Part shown: positions 13,578 to 27,483 of the stretch, in pieces
How positions within the stretch are numbered: position 1 is the first letter of the stretch
How the letters are laid out: the number at the start of each line of letters is the position of its first letter
Assembly: GCF_018977255.1 (NCBI RefSeq)
Contig: NW_024704742.1
Coordinates: 40,302,001-40,366,000 of the forward strand
From: Callorhinchus milii
Taxonomy: Eukaryota
DNA length: 64,000 nucleotides
Direction: 5' to 3'
Notes under the pieces: generated by a model
Database searches by the model: none
Told to the model about the DNA's origin: nothing
Seen by the model: only the letters and a program-made list of their open reading frames with translations
Position numbers and translations under genes: made by a program

Positions 13578-14636
13578 ACAGAATCATAGAATATTACAGC
13601 ACAGAAGGATGCCATTCGGCCCATCGTGCCTGTGCTGGCTCTTTGGAGGAGCTACCCAATCAGTCCCACTCCCCTGCTCTTTCCCCATATCCTTGCAAGT
13701 TTTTCCTTTACAAGTACCCATCCAATTCCTTCTTGAAAGTTGTTATTGAATTTGTTTCCACTACCCTTTCAGGCAGTGCATTTCAGACTGTGACAACTCT
13801 CTGTGTAAAAAAAACTCTCCTCATCTCCCCTCTGGTTCTTTTTCCAATTATCTTAAATCTATGTGCCCTGGTTACTGACCCACCTGTCAGTGTGAACAGT
13901 TTCTCCCTACCTACTCTATTAAAACCCCTCATAATTTTGAACACCACTATTAAATCTCCCCTTAACCTTCCCTACTTTAAGGATAACAATCCCAGCTTCT
14001 CTCCACATAACTAAAGCCCCTCATCCCTGTTACCATTCTGGTAAATCTCCTCTGCACCCTCTCCAAGGCCTCGATATCCTTTCTAAAGTGTGGTGCCCAG
14101 AATTGGAGACAATACTCCAGCCTAACTTATAAAGATTTAGCAGAACTTCCTTGCTTTTGGACTCTATGCCTCTATTTATAAAGCCAAGGATCCCATATGC
14201 TTTTTTAATAGCTCTATCAACCTGTCCTGCCATCTTCAAAGACCTGTGTATGTGATCCCCAGGTCTCTCGGCTCTTGAACCCCCTTTAAAACTATACCAT
14301 ACCATTGTATACTGCCACTCTTCATTCTTCCTCCCAAAATGCATCACCTCACACTTCTCTGCATTTAACTTCATCTGCCATGTGTCTGCCCATTTCACCA
14401 GTCTGTCTATGTCCTCCTGCAGTCCGCTACCATCCTCCTCACTGTTTACTATGTGCCCAAGTTTTGTGTCATCTTCCAACTTCAAAATTTTGCACTTTAT
14501 ACCCAAGTCCAAGTCATATATGTATATCAAAAAAGTGGACCTAATACTGACCCTGGGGGACACCACCCTCCAGTCTGAAAAACAACCATTCATCACTACC
14601 CTCTGCTTTCTGTCTACCAGCCAATTTCATATCCAC
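13578..14636 (-). mobile_element. CR1 LINE 3' fragment
   Basis: ORF 14030-14596: NGCFSDW, DDTKLG, LQEDIDRLVKWADTWQMK, KCEVMHFG, AYGILGFINRGIE; attctatgattct tail on the minus strand. Confidence 0.92.
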
Positions 14637-16596
14637 AAAATGTTGTGTTCACCACCCATGGAACTCAACGATTAAGAAAAGGTACCATGACTTTCAGGAC
14701 AATGAAAAGTTGGGTTTCAGTCACCAGCACGCAAAACTACAGATGGTGAGCCACAGAAAACAAAGTGGTGGTACCAGAAATGATTTACAAAGGAGTTATT
14801 TGGTAGGGAAAGAAATGGTTGAAGCGGTTGATAGACCCTAAGTTGGTATTATTTTGCTTACCTATTTCAACCTTTATGTTGAATTTTGTGGGCATTTTGC
14901 CCACAAAATATACACTCAATTCACTTTACAGTATATTCTGTGAAGTGCTTTGAGACATCTTGAAGACTTGATATGGTACTATATCAAATGCAAGGATTAT
15001 TATTATTATAATTTTGGACTCAGATCTGGCTCCCTGGATTGAACCTGAAGTCTGACCCTGGATGTTCATCTTTAGTATATGCCCAGTTAGTCTGCTGATC
15101 AGTGTGCATTTGGTCATTGGCGTTCACAGTGTGTATAACTGTTTCCAAAGCACATCAAATCAGCAAAATATTTTAATTTTATTTTAAATCTGGTAAGTAG
15201 CTTCTTTAATTCGTTCAACACCCCGGTTGTGATGTCGAATCGATATTCAAACAGATAGCAAAAATATTTCTGCAAAAATGATGCAGATTTGAAGGTATAA
15301 TGAGTGAACTACTTAATATGCACACACACAATCAAAGCTGAGTCAGTGGCTACATTGCAGATGAGAGATCTGGAATCAGTTGGATAAAGTAATTGTGTTT
15401 CAGCTTCAGCTAGGAGGATAAATTTACAATTAAAAATAGCCCATGAGTCATGCTGATCAACAACTGATATGTCACTGCAGCTTGCACTTGGTGTAAGTCC
15501 AGCTGGAACATCAACCTGATCAAATGGACATTGAGGTTATATATTAAAGAGAGCACATATTCTATTCTATGTCTCCTGTCATCAACTGTGATTTATGAAA
15601 TTGATGGCAAGCCAATTTCAAATCCCAAGTTGTCAACAGTCACAGAATGGCTCTTGAGCACAATGGCCAGCCATTTCCCATAGAAGAAGGAAAGGGATTT
15701 GGTGGTGCAGATCAATCCAAGCTTGTTAATGGACACCAAGAATCAATGGAGCATCACAGATACTCATTATGTCATTATTTAATTTCCTTGTATTAACAGA
15801 TGACCACACTGTGCATGCTGGGTATGTGGAATTAGATTATTGAAGACCGTAAAACTGTAAAAACAGTGAGTGGCTTTGCGGCTCACAATGCTGATGTATT
15901 TCAATGTGCATTAGAACTAGTAGGAAGTGGTGCTTTTATATTGTGCTCTGGCTACAGTCATTAGTGCCACATGCTGAGTCCATCTCATGAGTAGCTCAAG
16001 ATGTAGCAGAGGATCAAGGAAAGGAGATAGGAGACTTTTCCATACTTCCCATTTTTAATGCCTGAGACATCTGGATTAAAATGTTTTGTTCTATTGACTG
16101 CTGTGAATTCAAGAACATATTATTTTGATGCCCTTACGTTCCAGTGATGTCTCTTCCATATGGCTTAATTTCCAGAACTGGTGAATGCTACCAAAGTCGA
16201 ATGTCCCCACATCATTGATTTTCATACCGTACTTTCTAATCTCAGAAGTTGAAACCTGCCCTTTGCATCCTCAAAAATATCTCTTCTGACTAAAAGCAGA
16301 TTTCTAGTAAAAGCTGTTGAGGTTAACTGATTAACTGCTTCTAAAAGAAGCTAGCAAAATACTGTAACTGATGTGGAATGGGATTGGAAGTTATAGACAT
16401 GAAAAGAGATTGAGATTCTCAAACACTCAGTAAAATCAGGGAAAATTCATGCAGAACTTTCCCTCAGGAGATTATTTGTGATAAAATATATTGCACAGTT
16501 TGTTAAAAAACTGCACTTGGACTTTTGAAGGAGTAGGCTTTTGCACCCAGTGTTTTCTTATGTTGTTAAAGATTATCAGTAATATGGAACCTATAG

Positions 16597-16847
16597 TAGG
16601 GTGACCATGCCCCTGATTTCTCTGGATGCGGCATTGTGTCCCTGATCAAATTTGCACTGTCTTGAGTTCAGCAATAAACTTGAGCCAAGAACAGTAAAAC
16701 TCTAAAACAGATGCACTCATCAGATAAGTACTGTACAGCCATTAATCCCCCCAACAAGCTTCTCCAGTATTGCGAGCATCAGGAATTGTGGTGAGTTCAT
16801 ATTTTATATATGTCCCCAGATTTGGTTTACAAAGTAATGTCACCCTA
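16597..16847. mobile_element. hAT (Blackjack-type) non-autonomous DNA transposon/MITE
   Basis: Termini TAGGGTGACCA and TGTCACCCTA are inverted repeats. Flanks acctatag and aactatat match at 6/8 positions, consistent with an eroded 8-bp hAT TSD. Confidence 0.75.
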
Positions 16848-18867
16848 AACTATATTAACATATCCAATAGGAACAAAGGCCTCTGCACACTTTGTTTCCA
16901 CCATATTTCATTGTATTCTGATTGTTTACTTTGAAGAACAAGTGTGACGCTTCAGGATAGCTCATGGAATAGACAACCAACCTCAAGGGGTGGCAGGTCC
17001 TAGTGTATGAGTGGATTCATATACAAAGGGGAAAAATTGTAGTATTCTTTAACTAATGCAAGCATAATGATCAAAAAAACTGCCACCAGGACAACTATCC
17101 TTAACTATTGTTGATATATTTATCCTTAGCTAATGCCTGTATAACCGTCCTGAACTACCACCAGCATAACTAGACTTGAATAATGTTATTATAACTATCC
17201 TTCCCCATCGTCAGTGTAACTATCTAGAACTAACAGTAGCATAAATCACTTGGAGGAGCAACACACCCTCCATGTAAGTTGTTTATTCCTTTTCAGATCC
17301 AGCTGTCCACCATATAAAAATTATTGAGCTAGGTCCTTTTTTGGTTTTAAATTGTAGGACCCGGAGAAGCCTTGGTTATTTTTGGATTTGATAGCTGCTT
17401 TCCATACTACAACTGCCAAGAAGGAACGATATTTGCACACTGGGCAAACACTAACGTTTTAGCAATTGGCCCAGAGGCCTCAGGCCAATCACTCATTTTC
17501 TCTATGAAACCAAAAATCCTCTCTGTTGCTTCGCTCAAATTCTTTTTCACTGCCTCTGCATTCTTTCACACCTATAGTGATCATGCTCAGATGTAATAAT
17601 CCATATGGCCTCACTAATGCTTCATAAAGCATTGTTAACACATGCTCGGATTTATGGAGCTACTTAAAAAGCCAGGAATTTATTTTACCTATTGAACTGC
17701 AACCATAAATGACAATACTTTCAATATTTGGCCAACCATTGCACTTACTCTGACTCACCTCATTTAATGATATGACCTTCATATGGCAATCATGCTTGAC
17801 ATTTTTAGTAGCAATACACATTACCTTCAATTCTATGAGTTGCTCCATAATTTAGAAGCTAACGTCCCTTGCGGCATCTCTCCCATGTATCAACTGCCCT
17901 TTGAACACTGAGTGCCCACCAATTTTTTTAAAGTGACATCTACGCTAAATTGTAATGGCATATGCATGAAATATAAAAACTAGTTGACCGATGTTGTACT
18001 AAATATAGTGTATCATCCGAGTTGACATTCTTCTCTCTGGTTAGAACTTGCAGGATCCTTCTTAGATTTGTGCAACCAACTTGCCCTCCTTCCTGACTGC
18101 CCGCCTGCTCCCAAGGTGGGCCTACTGTTGAGGTGGAGAGGACACGCTGTTGATCTCCCTAAATAATCTTGGTCATTCGCTTCATGACTATTTGTGGGAC
18201 ATTGCTGTGCGCAAAATTGACTGCTGCACTTTACAGTATATCCTGTGAAGTGAGTTGGGACATCCTCTTGATGTGAAAGGAACTATACCAAATGTAAGAA
18301 ATATTATTACTATTAAAGTGAGGACAAGCTGTTAAGGTGGTGGCGAGGGAATGCGCCCAAACCATTTGATACCAAATTGTTTTGGGGAGTGAAAGAACTT
18401 GATGTATCACAATATGTGTTATACAATTTTTTAAGCAACATAGTAAGTTTCACCCCATTTTGGGGAAGGGGAGAGGAGTCAACATTTTGGTCAAAAAGTA
18501 AACTAAACAAGGGAAAAAATCAGGATTTTGCATATGTTAAATCACCTATTAAGAGCTTCATATAACTGAATAAATAAGTCTAGCAATGCTTTATGCTGGG
18601 TCTGTAGCTGCCCTGAGCAGTCAGCTTTGACTTATGCTTCAAGCTGTTCCCAGTTCTGCTATAAGACTACCTAGAACATTTTAAAATTACCATAATCATA
18701 ATCCACTCAGCGTGCTGGGCACTTCACTGCAGAATTCAAAAGCACGGCACACGTTACTGTTAAACTTTCTGAATGCAGCACAAATGATGCAGTTTTACAC
18801 CAAAGCTACTCTTGACGATTTTAGAAATTAAAGTATTAAAATAAAATGTACACACAGAGATTTCTAC

Positions 18868-19100
18868 CTCAAACTGGCTTTTGCCAGTTGTTGTATTAAC
18901 GCTGAGATCTAACGGAGTGTCGTCTGACAGGTCAGCTATGAAAATCATGCCATTTTTAGTTGGAGATAAAATGAAAGAATCCCTGTTGAGGGTACAAAGA
19001 ACGACCTCCTTTTCTGAAGTGACTTTACTGATTACGTCAATACCTGAGGGTATAATTCTTCTGCCGTCAGTATCAGTGTTATTGCCCCACTGCGTCAATC
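18868..19100 (-). other. Putative exon or pseudo-exon of an unidentified gene containing a PLDLS motif
   Basis: Acceptor ctgctatatttag|G, then an open frame LTQWGNNTDTDGRRIIPSGIDVISKVTSEKEVVLCTLNRDSFILSPTKNGMIFIADLSDDTPLDLSVNTTTGKSQFE. The antisense frame is also open. The donor (gag|gtagaa) is weak. Not part of any repeat I recognise. Confidence 0.35.
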
Positions 19101-20734
19101 CTAAATATAGCAGTAGAAGGTCAAGATGATGCACTCACGCATAGACACAGGAAAAGATTCTCAGCAATTAAATCTGCTGGTGCTAATAATAAAAGTTAAA
19201 ATCATTACCAAAACTCACACACAGCCAGTTTGTTTTTGTTGAGAAGCAAAATCTTTATTTATGTATTCATTTGCAGTACAGCAATCAAACCGGGAGCACT
19301 GCAGTTATATCAAAACTGACAGCGCACCCTGTTCCACATCCAAAGATGCAATTGCTTTGACCTGACAGTGCTCAAATACAATTTCTGTGCATTCTACCTG
19401 CTTGTTACATTGATGAGGAGTTAGCTTACAGAAAGAAGTGACCTCTTGATAAATTGCAGAAATCGTTGTGTTTGCTTTTCATTCTGTGACATAAATACCA
19501 GATTCTCTTTACAGGAGATCTAACACTTTTTTTTCAAACACTCAATCACATCATAGAAAAGGTTTGTATGAAGAAGGATGTTTTTATTTAAATTGATCTT
19601 TTTCACCGCAACCAGAAAACAAGTCAGCTATGTTGCCTTTTGAGGCCTGTCTTTTCAACTACACTTTCAACCGCCTTCCCTCTTTCCCTCTACTTTCTTA
19701 GCATTGTGTGCAGAATTGGGCAAATTATTTCATTGAGTCTCAAGCTTGAAACTGCTTTTCTGTAGCTGAAAATTACCTTCAAAATTCAGCCTGTATTTAA
19801 AAATTGGTCAATTTCTTGATGCTCTGAAATGCTAAGAAAATAGAGTAACACTAGACCAGTTGGAATTTCTGGTATGTTGCACGAAGGTAATTTCAAAAAC
19901 AGGGAAGAGTGAATGAGAAATTGGTGAAAACAAAATTCATTCAACAAATAGAAACTTTTTAAAAACCTCCACCCCTCCTGATCCCAATCCCCAGCTCGGG
20001 TTCAAGTCCTTGACTGTCCAGTGCCTTGTGATGTCCTCCCATCATGAAAGGAGCTATACGAATATAATTTGGTGGTGGTGTTTTTGTTCTTGTTACAAAT
20101 CGGCTCCATTTCTGAAGTGGAACTCCATGCCTGTGTAACAAATTGTTCCATAGAACGTTTAGCTGTCAGTTCACAACTATGACTCCCCACAGGATGGCTT
20201 TCCAGTGTCAGTCTCAGAAGTCAGGTGCTTCCTCTCAGTGGGGAGCGAGGATCAGAGTTCCAGTTACCCTAAACCTCTCTTCACTACTCGTTGTGGCTTC
20301 TGACAGAACACATTTGATTACCCACTTTCATGGCCAAAGTACATGGCCCAGAGGGACTCGGAGAAGGCCAATAAATTACAAGTGACTGACTTGGGATGTC
20401 AGAGATTTCACCTTCAGGAAATTCTTAGGAGCAAAATCTTTGATTAGTAACAGTTGCAAACATTACAAACCTGTCTGTATATTTGTAGCTATGTTTCTTT
20501 TTCAGATGATATATGTCAAAGAAATTAATTAAACCTAAAAGCTTCTGGTACCGTACACAAACAGCTATTATTCATGTGTAAGGCTTAAAAGTGATTGTGA
20601 GCAGACTGTAACTGCAGAACCTGTCTTCATCTGACACCTACATACATGCTAGATACAAATCGATTTCCAGATCCTCACATTCATGTACAAATCATCTCAT
20701 CCCGGCACCTCCCTATCTTTCTGACTTGCTTACA

Positions 20735-21550
20735 ACAACAATTTGCATTTATACAGTGCCCTCCAGGCTTGGCAGCATCCAGAGCACTTAAAATTGAGCC
20801 AGGGGGAGGGTGAAGGTGACCATAGGCATGGTCAAAGAGGAAGGTCTTCAGCCGCAACTTAAAAATGGGGAAAAAGGGGGTGAGGCTAAGGGATTGAGGG
20901 AGGGAGTTCCATAGCTTTGGGGCTTAGTGGCTGAAGGCACGGCCGCTGATGGTGGAGCGGAAGATTTGAGGGACACGGAGGAGGCCGGAGCCAGTAAAGC
21001 GGAGGCAGTGGGTAGTGAAGAGATCGGAGGTTGGAGAGATAGGGGAATACAAAGGCATGGAGGGATTTAAACACTAGAGTGAGGATCTTGAAGTCCATCC
21101 ACTCTGTGACAGGGAGCCAACGGAGTTTGGCAAGGACTGGGGTAATTGGAGTGCGGAGTTTAGTGCAGGTGAGAATGTGGGCGCGGAGTTTTGGATGAGT
21201 TGAATTTTGTTAATAGCGGAAGAGGGGAGACCAGCGAGGAGGGCGTTTGAGTAGTTCAGCCGAGAGGTGACAAAGGCATGGACAAGGGTTTCGGCAGCTT
21301 GTGGAGTGAGGTATTATCGGAGACGGGCAATGTGGCAGAGGTGGAGGAAAGCTATCCTGGCCAAGTACCGGATGTGAAGGAGGAAGGATGACTGGGGATT
21401 GAACCTGACCCCTAAGTTGACCACAGGTTCAGAGAGTTTTAAGGACAGATTGAGTAGGTTGAAGAGATTGGAACAGCAGTTGAGGAGATCGGCAGGACAG
21501 AAGACATCGACGGGAGCCGAAGTGTATGGCTTCCATCTTATTGAGTATGG
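20735..21550 (-). mobile_element. L2 LINE 3' fragment
   Basis: NLGVRFNPQSSFLLHI and DFKILTLVFKSLH frames; (ttg)n tail at about 20735. Confidence 0.85.
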
Positions 21551-21584
21551 CTGACATCCCACTCCTTTGCTCAGCTGACCCCAG

Positions 21585-21855
21585 TCTCCTTGCACGGCCC
21601 TTGTCCTCTCTGCTCCACCATCAGTGGTCATGCTTTCAGCCATTACTCTCCAAAACTCAACTCTTTGTCTCAATTTCTACACCTTGCTCCCTCTCTGCCC
21701 ATCTTCAGATCACATTTGAAGACCTTCCTCTTCGACCATGCCTACGGTCACCTTCCCTCTCTCCCTGGCTCGGGGTCAAGCTCTGCCATTGTTGAGCACT
21801 CCAGGTTGGTCGCTGGCATGAAGGGTGTTATTTAAATGCAAATTGTTGCTGTTGC
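21585..21855 (+). mobile_element. L2 LINE 3' end
   Basis: TISGHAFS...FRSHLKTFLFDHAY, followed by taaatgcaaattgttgctgttg. Confidence 0.8.
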
Positions 21856-21867
21856 AATCAGAAACAA

Positions 21868-22045
21868 GAGGAGCCTGGGTTCAATTCTCCTTCCTAGCCT
21901 GGGAGCACTAAGGTCAATTGCAGCGTCCCCACTGCTGTTGCAACTAAGATCACCTAACTCAGTACAAACCAGAGTTCCAACCTCATCTTATCTGTACGGT
22001 TCAGTACCACACCAAGCAGTGTGGTTATCCACTCAGCCATCAGGA
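21868..22045 (-). mobile_element. LF-SINE-like ancient SINE
   Basis: Minus strand: gtggtactgaaccgtacagat...tggtttgtactgagttaggtgatcttagttgcaacagcagtggggacgctgcaattgaccttagtgctcccaggctaggaagg resembles the LF-SINE consensus as I recall it. Confidence 0.55.
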
Positions 22046-22339
22046 AGAAAGTGAGCTTTTTAAATCAATTTGTGCGACTATGTCTCCTATTGAGGGATAG
22101 TTTTCACCAATAGCATTTGTCCACAAAACACACAGTTACTGCTCTTTACATTACAGTATATTCTGTGAAGCACTTTCGGACATCCTCCTGATGTGAAAGC
22201 ATTATGACAAAAATCAGCGGTTCATCTCAAAGTGCTTCACAGGAATTTAATGTGAAGTGCAATGACTGTGTGTTTGTAGGTTATGCTGTTGACCCCATTC
22301 ACTGTGCCGCTGGTCAGATTTTTGTGCTAAATGGCTAAC

Positions 22340-23395
22340 GTAGAATCATAGAATCATAGAATCGCACAGCACAAAAAGAGGCCATTCGGTCCATCAAGTC
22401 TGTGCCGGCTCTTTGAGAAGAGCAATCTAATGTCAATCCCACTCCCCAGCCCTTTCCCCATAACCCTGCAAACCCATCCTCCTCAAATACCTGTCCACTG
22501 TTTTTTAAAAGTTGTTATCGAATTGAATCCTCCTCCACTTTCGGGCAATGCATTCCAGATTCGAACAACTCACTGCGTGAAACATTTTCTTCTCACCTCC
22601 TCTCTGCTTCTTTTAGATACTATTTTGAATCTGTGACCTCAAGTTACTGACACATCCACCAGTGGAAACAGTTTTTCCCTTTCTAACCTATCAAATCCCC
22701 TCATGATTTTGAAGACCTCTATTAGGTCTCCCAGGAATCTTTTGTGCTCCAATGAGAATAATCTCAGCCTCTCTAGCCTTTCCTCATAATCAAGGTCCCT
22801 CATTCCTGGTACCATCCTCGTAAATCTCCTCTGCACCCTTTCCAATGCCTTAACATCCTTCCTATAGTGTGGTGCCCAGAACTGGGCGCAATATTCTAAC
22901 CGAGGCCTACCCTGTGTTTTATATAGGTTAATCATAACCTCCTGACTCTTGTACTCTATGCCCCTATTTATAAAGCCGAGTATCGCGTATACCCATTTTA
23001 TAGCTTTATCTACCTGTCCTGCCACCTTCAAGGATTCATTTACCTGAACCCCCAGGTCTCTCTGTTCTTTCACCCCCCTTAAGATTGTATTTGGAGTCCT
23101 GTAGCTCAGTGGTTAGAGCACTCGCTTTGCAAGCGAGAGACCTGAGTTCAATTCCAGGCAGAGGGCGAAACCTTGGGCAAGTTTCCTTAATCCACACGCC
23201 TAATAATAATCCCTCCAAAAAACAAAACAATAATAAATTGGTCATTTTCAATCTACGACTGTTTGTGGGACATTGCTGTGCGCAATTGGCTGCCGCGTTC
23301 GCCCACAAATATACAGTCAATTCACTTTATAGTGTGTTCTGTGAAGCGCTTTGGGACGTCCTCCCGACATGAAAAGCGCTATATCAAATGCAAGG

Positions 23396-23444
<49 letters not shown>

Positions 23445-24090
23445 GCCTATATTGCCTCCCCTCATTCTTTCTACCAAAATGCATTACCTTGCATTTCTCC
23501 ACATTGAAATTCATCTGCCATGTGTCTGCCCATTTTACCATTCTGTTTATGTTTTCCTGCAGTTGGCTACTATCCTTCTCACTGTTTACCACCCTACCTA
23601 ATTTTGTGTCGTCTGCAAACTTGGAAATGGTACTTGCTGTACCCAAGTCCAGATCATTTATATATATTATGAAGAACAGTGGCGCTAATACCGGTCCCTG
23701 GGGGACGCCACTGTACACTTCCCTCCAGTCAGAGAAGCAGCCATTCACCACAACTCTCTGCTTTCTGTCTCCCAGCCAGTTCCGGATCCATCCTCCTACT
23801 GTTCCTTTTATACCATGGGCTTCTATCTTTCTATCTTGCTCACAAGTCTTTCATGTGGCACTTTGTCAAATACCTTTTGAAAGTCCATATAAACTCCATC
23901 AACTGCACTACCTTTATCCACCCTCTCCGTTACCTCATCGAAAAATTCTAATAGATTTGTTAGACAAGATCTGCCTTTAACAAAGCCGTGCTGGCTGTGC
24001 CTAATTAACCCATATTCTTCTAAGTGAAGATTTATTCTGTCCCGGATTATAGTTTCCAGGAGTTTCCCCACTACTGATGTTAGGCTGACT
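22340..24090 (-). mobile_element. CR1 LINE (RT plus 3' end) with a nested SINE
   Basis: ORFs 23823-24167 (SQHGFVKGRSCLTNLLEFF), 23317-23751 (GVPQG..L.P.FFIIYINDL, KFADDTKLG) and 22639-23073 (LEYCAQFWAP); (attctatg)n tail at 22340-22362. Confidence 0.95.
23092..23441 (+). mobile_element. tRNA-Ala SINE (internally shorter variant) with a long (TAT)n tail, inserted in CR1
   Basis: ggagtcctgtagctcagtggttagagcactcgctttgcaagcgagagacctgagttcaattcc; about 15 TAT units at 23396-23441. Confidence 0.92.
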
Positions 24091-26498
24091 AATGATGTCT
24101 GGGTCATTAGGTTGCTGTTGACATCACGAGCCATTGGTAGTGACCTAATTACCCAGAAGTTGGCCATTTTAGCTTCTCACATGTAAAACAAATGGCTGAC
24201 TTGCAGGTTCTAAACGTCTCTTCACATAGTTTGCCAGGCATAGAAAACAGGTCGTTACAATGGAGATGATCTAATGAACCAGAGTCGGTTAGTTTTAGTT
24301 TTACCAATGCAATTGGCTGATAGACAGGAAGTGAGCCACCCACTCACCATAAGGGACTTTCTGAGACATATTTTTGTGGTTGAAGAGACCTGGTGAATTT
24401 CATCATTCTTCTCTGCTGAGCCCTCTGACACGAACTCTGGGGTCCAGCCTCACTGCTCTTCTCTACATTGTCTTCAGATGCCCACTTTATGTCACAATGT
24501 TATGATTTGGTAATAAGAAACCTCTTTACTAAGTTCCAGCTTTTCTAGATTTGCAGTAAAGAACTTCTGCACTTAATTTTCCTTACAAGCCATGCCAGAG
24601 ATTCAAACCTTGTACCATGTTATAACACTGTGCTGCTCAGACCACAGTCAATAGTCTTTCACTGCTGCCCAAAACATACATATTTTACTGTGCTTTCGGT
24701 CATCTTTCCCCTCCCCACCCATCTTGGATTCCACCCATGCTCGGGTACCCATCCAAAATCATGAATGCGCTTTGGGATGCCCTCTGATATGATAGACGCT
24801 ATATAAATGTAAATTTTATTGTATTTATTACCTCATATTGCCATTTGGTACTTCAGATTGCTTTATCTACCACAGGTTGTTGTGCAGCATCACAGAGAGC
24901 TGGGCCAGTGCCTGTGCTGAGTTACTGATCTAAATCATCACAGGGTAAATTCATCGCTGGGCTGCTCTTGCAGTATTGCACTAACAGGCACTTTGCATTA
25001 AGGTGCCCATGTGCACAACATACAAGGAGCAGAGGACAATCAGAACGTAACTATCAGAAAAGAGTGTCATAAGCACAAAGGAAAAAAACTAGTAATTGAC
25101 AAATGTAGTTTACTCCCTTGGGTACATGGTGGAATGTCCTCATGATATTGGGCCCTTGCACAATCCAGTATCAGCCTCCCCTCCTCAATGTTATCTCAGT
25201 CAATAACACTTCTATGCTGCTCATGTGTTTGCTTCATTGCAGTAATGTGTGTTAGCCGTACAGCTATACTGTTGCTCTGCTACCTGCTCAGTGCTGTCCT
25301 GAATAAGATTAATAAGAACAATCACGTCAGTTTGTTTCTCCAATACCTGCACTACAAATATCATTTTGGCTGTATAAATATAATAAAGTGCACTCTCAAT
25401 CATAACACTGTTAAATCATAGTCTACGGTACAGTTCATTTACTTTAAAATCTCTAGGCAACCATCTGCATGAAGGTTTTAATGTAACTGTAACAGGAAAT
25501 CCTTTATTTGATACCGATAAATTAGATGTAATGATTATTCATATGTTTATTCACATCATGGTGGGCACCCACTCAAGCATGACAAAGGCAAGACAAGTAT
25601 CTACTGCCTTGAAAGAAAGAAATTGAGGAAAAAAGTTATTACCATCAGAAACTCAAGGTCTTTTTTATTCGATGGTTATAAATTAAGATGCTCTGATATA
25701 CTGGGTGCATCTGTTCATCTTAACGCCCTTTTGTCTTCTACAAATAGCAAACCAGCTTCAAAGCCCAACAGACAACATTTACGCAAATGATGTTGAAGTC
25801 TGTATCATTAATATTCAGCCATTGTCTGTCACAGACATGTTACTGTACATCTGTTATGCAAATATATGCAAATTCCACTGTGCTGACAGCTGCCATTATT
25901 TCCTCCTTTTAAAAAAGATTTCTTACATTTTGAAGTTTGCAATCTGCTGCCAACAAAAAGGTTCACCTAATAGTTAGTAATGAGCATTATGTGATGGAGA
26001 ATGCAACACAGAACTCGAAATGCAAAGGATGCATTACCACGCTAACATTTAATGAGTAGGCAGGATATGGAATGGGCTATAAACATGTTGGTTTGGGACC
26101 CTTTCGATTGATTTATATTTTCCAATTTGCTTTCAATTTCACCCCTTTGTTCTTCTGAGTGCAGTTTCCCAGACCTGTGCTGGTGTTTGCCAGCCTTCAT
26201 CTCCAGGCAAAATTAATAGTCTTCACGCATGGATGCTCAAAGAGATTTGGATTTATTTTTCTGTTTGCACTTCTTTGTGCAAGACATCCAAACAGAATAG
26301 AATGTACAAGCAATCTTCAATTGTAAATCTACTGTAAGAATTGTTAGGTGTTGTACCAGTTAAGTGGTGTTGCTCTTCTGTCATTCGAAGGTTATCAAAA
26401 TCCAATGTGATGTTAGGATTGTTTGAAACCTGGAACATGAAACCTGCTACAGGCTCCCTTGTTGGGTCACCTCAAGTTTTCAGAATGGTCATCTTATA

Positions 26499-26822
26499 TG
26501 GAGTCCTGTATTCTATTGTTTAGAGCACTTGCCTCGCAAGTGAGAGGACTCGGGTTCGATTCCTGGGCAACCTTAACGCAAGTTTCCTTACTCCACATGC
26601 CTCTGTTTACCTATCAGTAAGTAGAAACCTGGTTGTTAGTCGATTTCTGATCGCTTTCTCGGAGGAATAAACTGTTTGTGAGACACTGCTGGGCGCAATT
26701 GGCTGCCGCATTTCGTCCACAAAATATTAGTCAATTCACTTTACAGTATATTCTGTGAAGCGCTTCATGACGTCTCAATAACGTGATACTGTATTATTTC
26801 AAATGCAAGGATTATTATTATT
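26499..26822 (+). mobile_element. tRNA-Ala SINE
   Basis: Same head, body and tail as 6461-6835. Confidence 0.88.
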
Positions 26823-27107
26823 CTTTTGTTCCAGTTTTATAGATCAATGTTTTTGCAACAGGACCCAATTTTCAACATTGTCAGACTCTCTGCGATTTCT
26901 TTCAACGAAGAAGACTTGAGGCCAGAAATTCAATTTGGTTCAAGTCTGTAAAACTATTTCGCCTTAAAATTTAACATGATGCAGAATCTCATAGAATTAT
27001 AATCTCATAGAATTACAGAACATTTTTAAATATAGTTGTAATTTGGTTCTTTCATCAAAGAAACATTATTTGTATTTATTGGGCATCAAATAAAATCAAA
27101 TTACATA

Positions 27108-27483
27108 GGAGTCCTGAGACTCATTGGTTAGAGCACTCGCCTCGCAAGTGAGAGACCTGGGGTCGCTTCAGGGCAGGGTGAAACGTTGGGCAAGTTTCCT
27201 TACTCCACATACCTCTGTTTACCCAGCACTAAGTAGGAACCCGGTTCCTGGTCGATTGGTGGATCGCTTTTCTGGGGGTAATAATTCCTTCAAAATAAAA
27301 TAATAAATTGGTCACTCAATCCACGACTGTATGTAGGACACTACTGTGCGCAATTGGCTGCTGCTTTTCGCCCACAAATGTACGGGCGATTGATTCACTT
27401 TGCAGTACATTCTGTGAAGCGCTTTGAGACGTCTCAAAGATGTGATAAGGCGCTATATCAAATGCAAGGATTATTATTATTAG
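27108..27483 (+). mobile_element. tRNA-Ala SINE
   Basis: Same head, body and tail as 6461-6835. Confidence 0.9.

Noticed and set aside
17085..17245. Degenerate short repeats (aactatcc...)
   Set aside because: An eroded minisatellite-like tract with no constant repeat-spacer structure; not CRISPR-like.
19230..19500. Possible conserved non-coding enhancer (also 25700-26050)
   Set aside because: Unique, motif-rich sequence, but conservation cannot be judged without alignments.
23092..23165. tRNA-Ala-like sequences (also at 6461, 26499, 27108, 28412, 31917, 50451)
   Set aside because: They are SINE heads running into the SINE body, with no acceptor stem closure, so they are not tRNA genes.
23263..23980. 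ORFs with poly-Ile or poly-Tyr runs
   Set aside because: These are translations of the SINE (TAT)n tail and antisense CR1, not genes.
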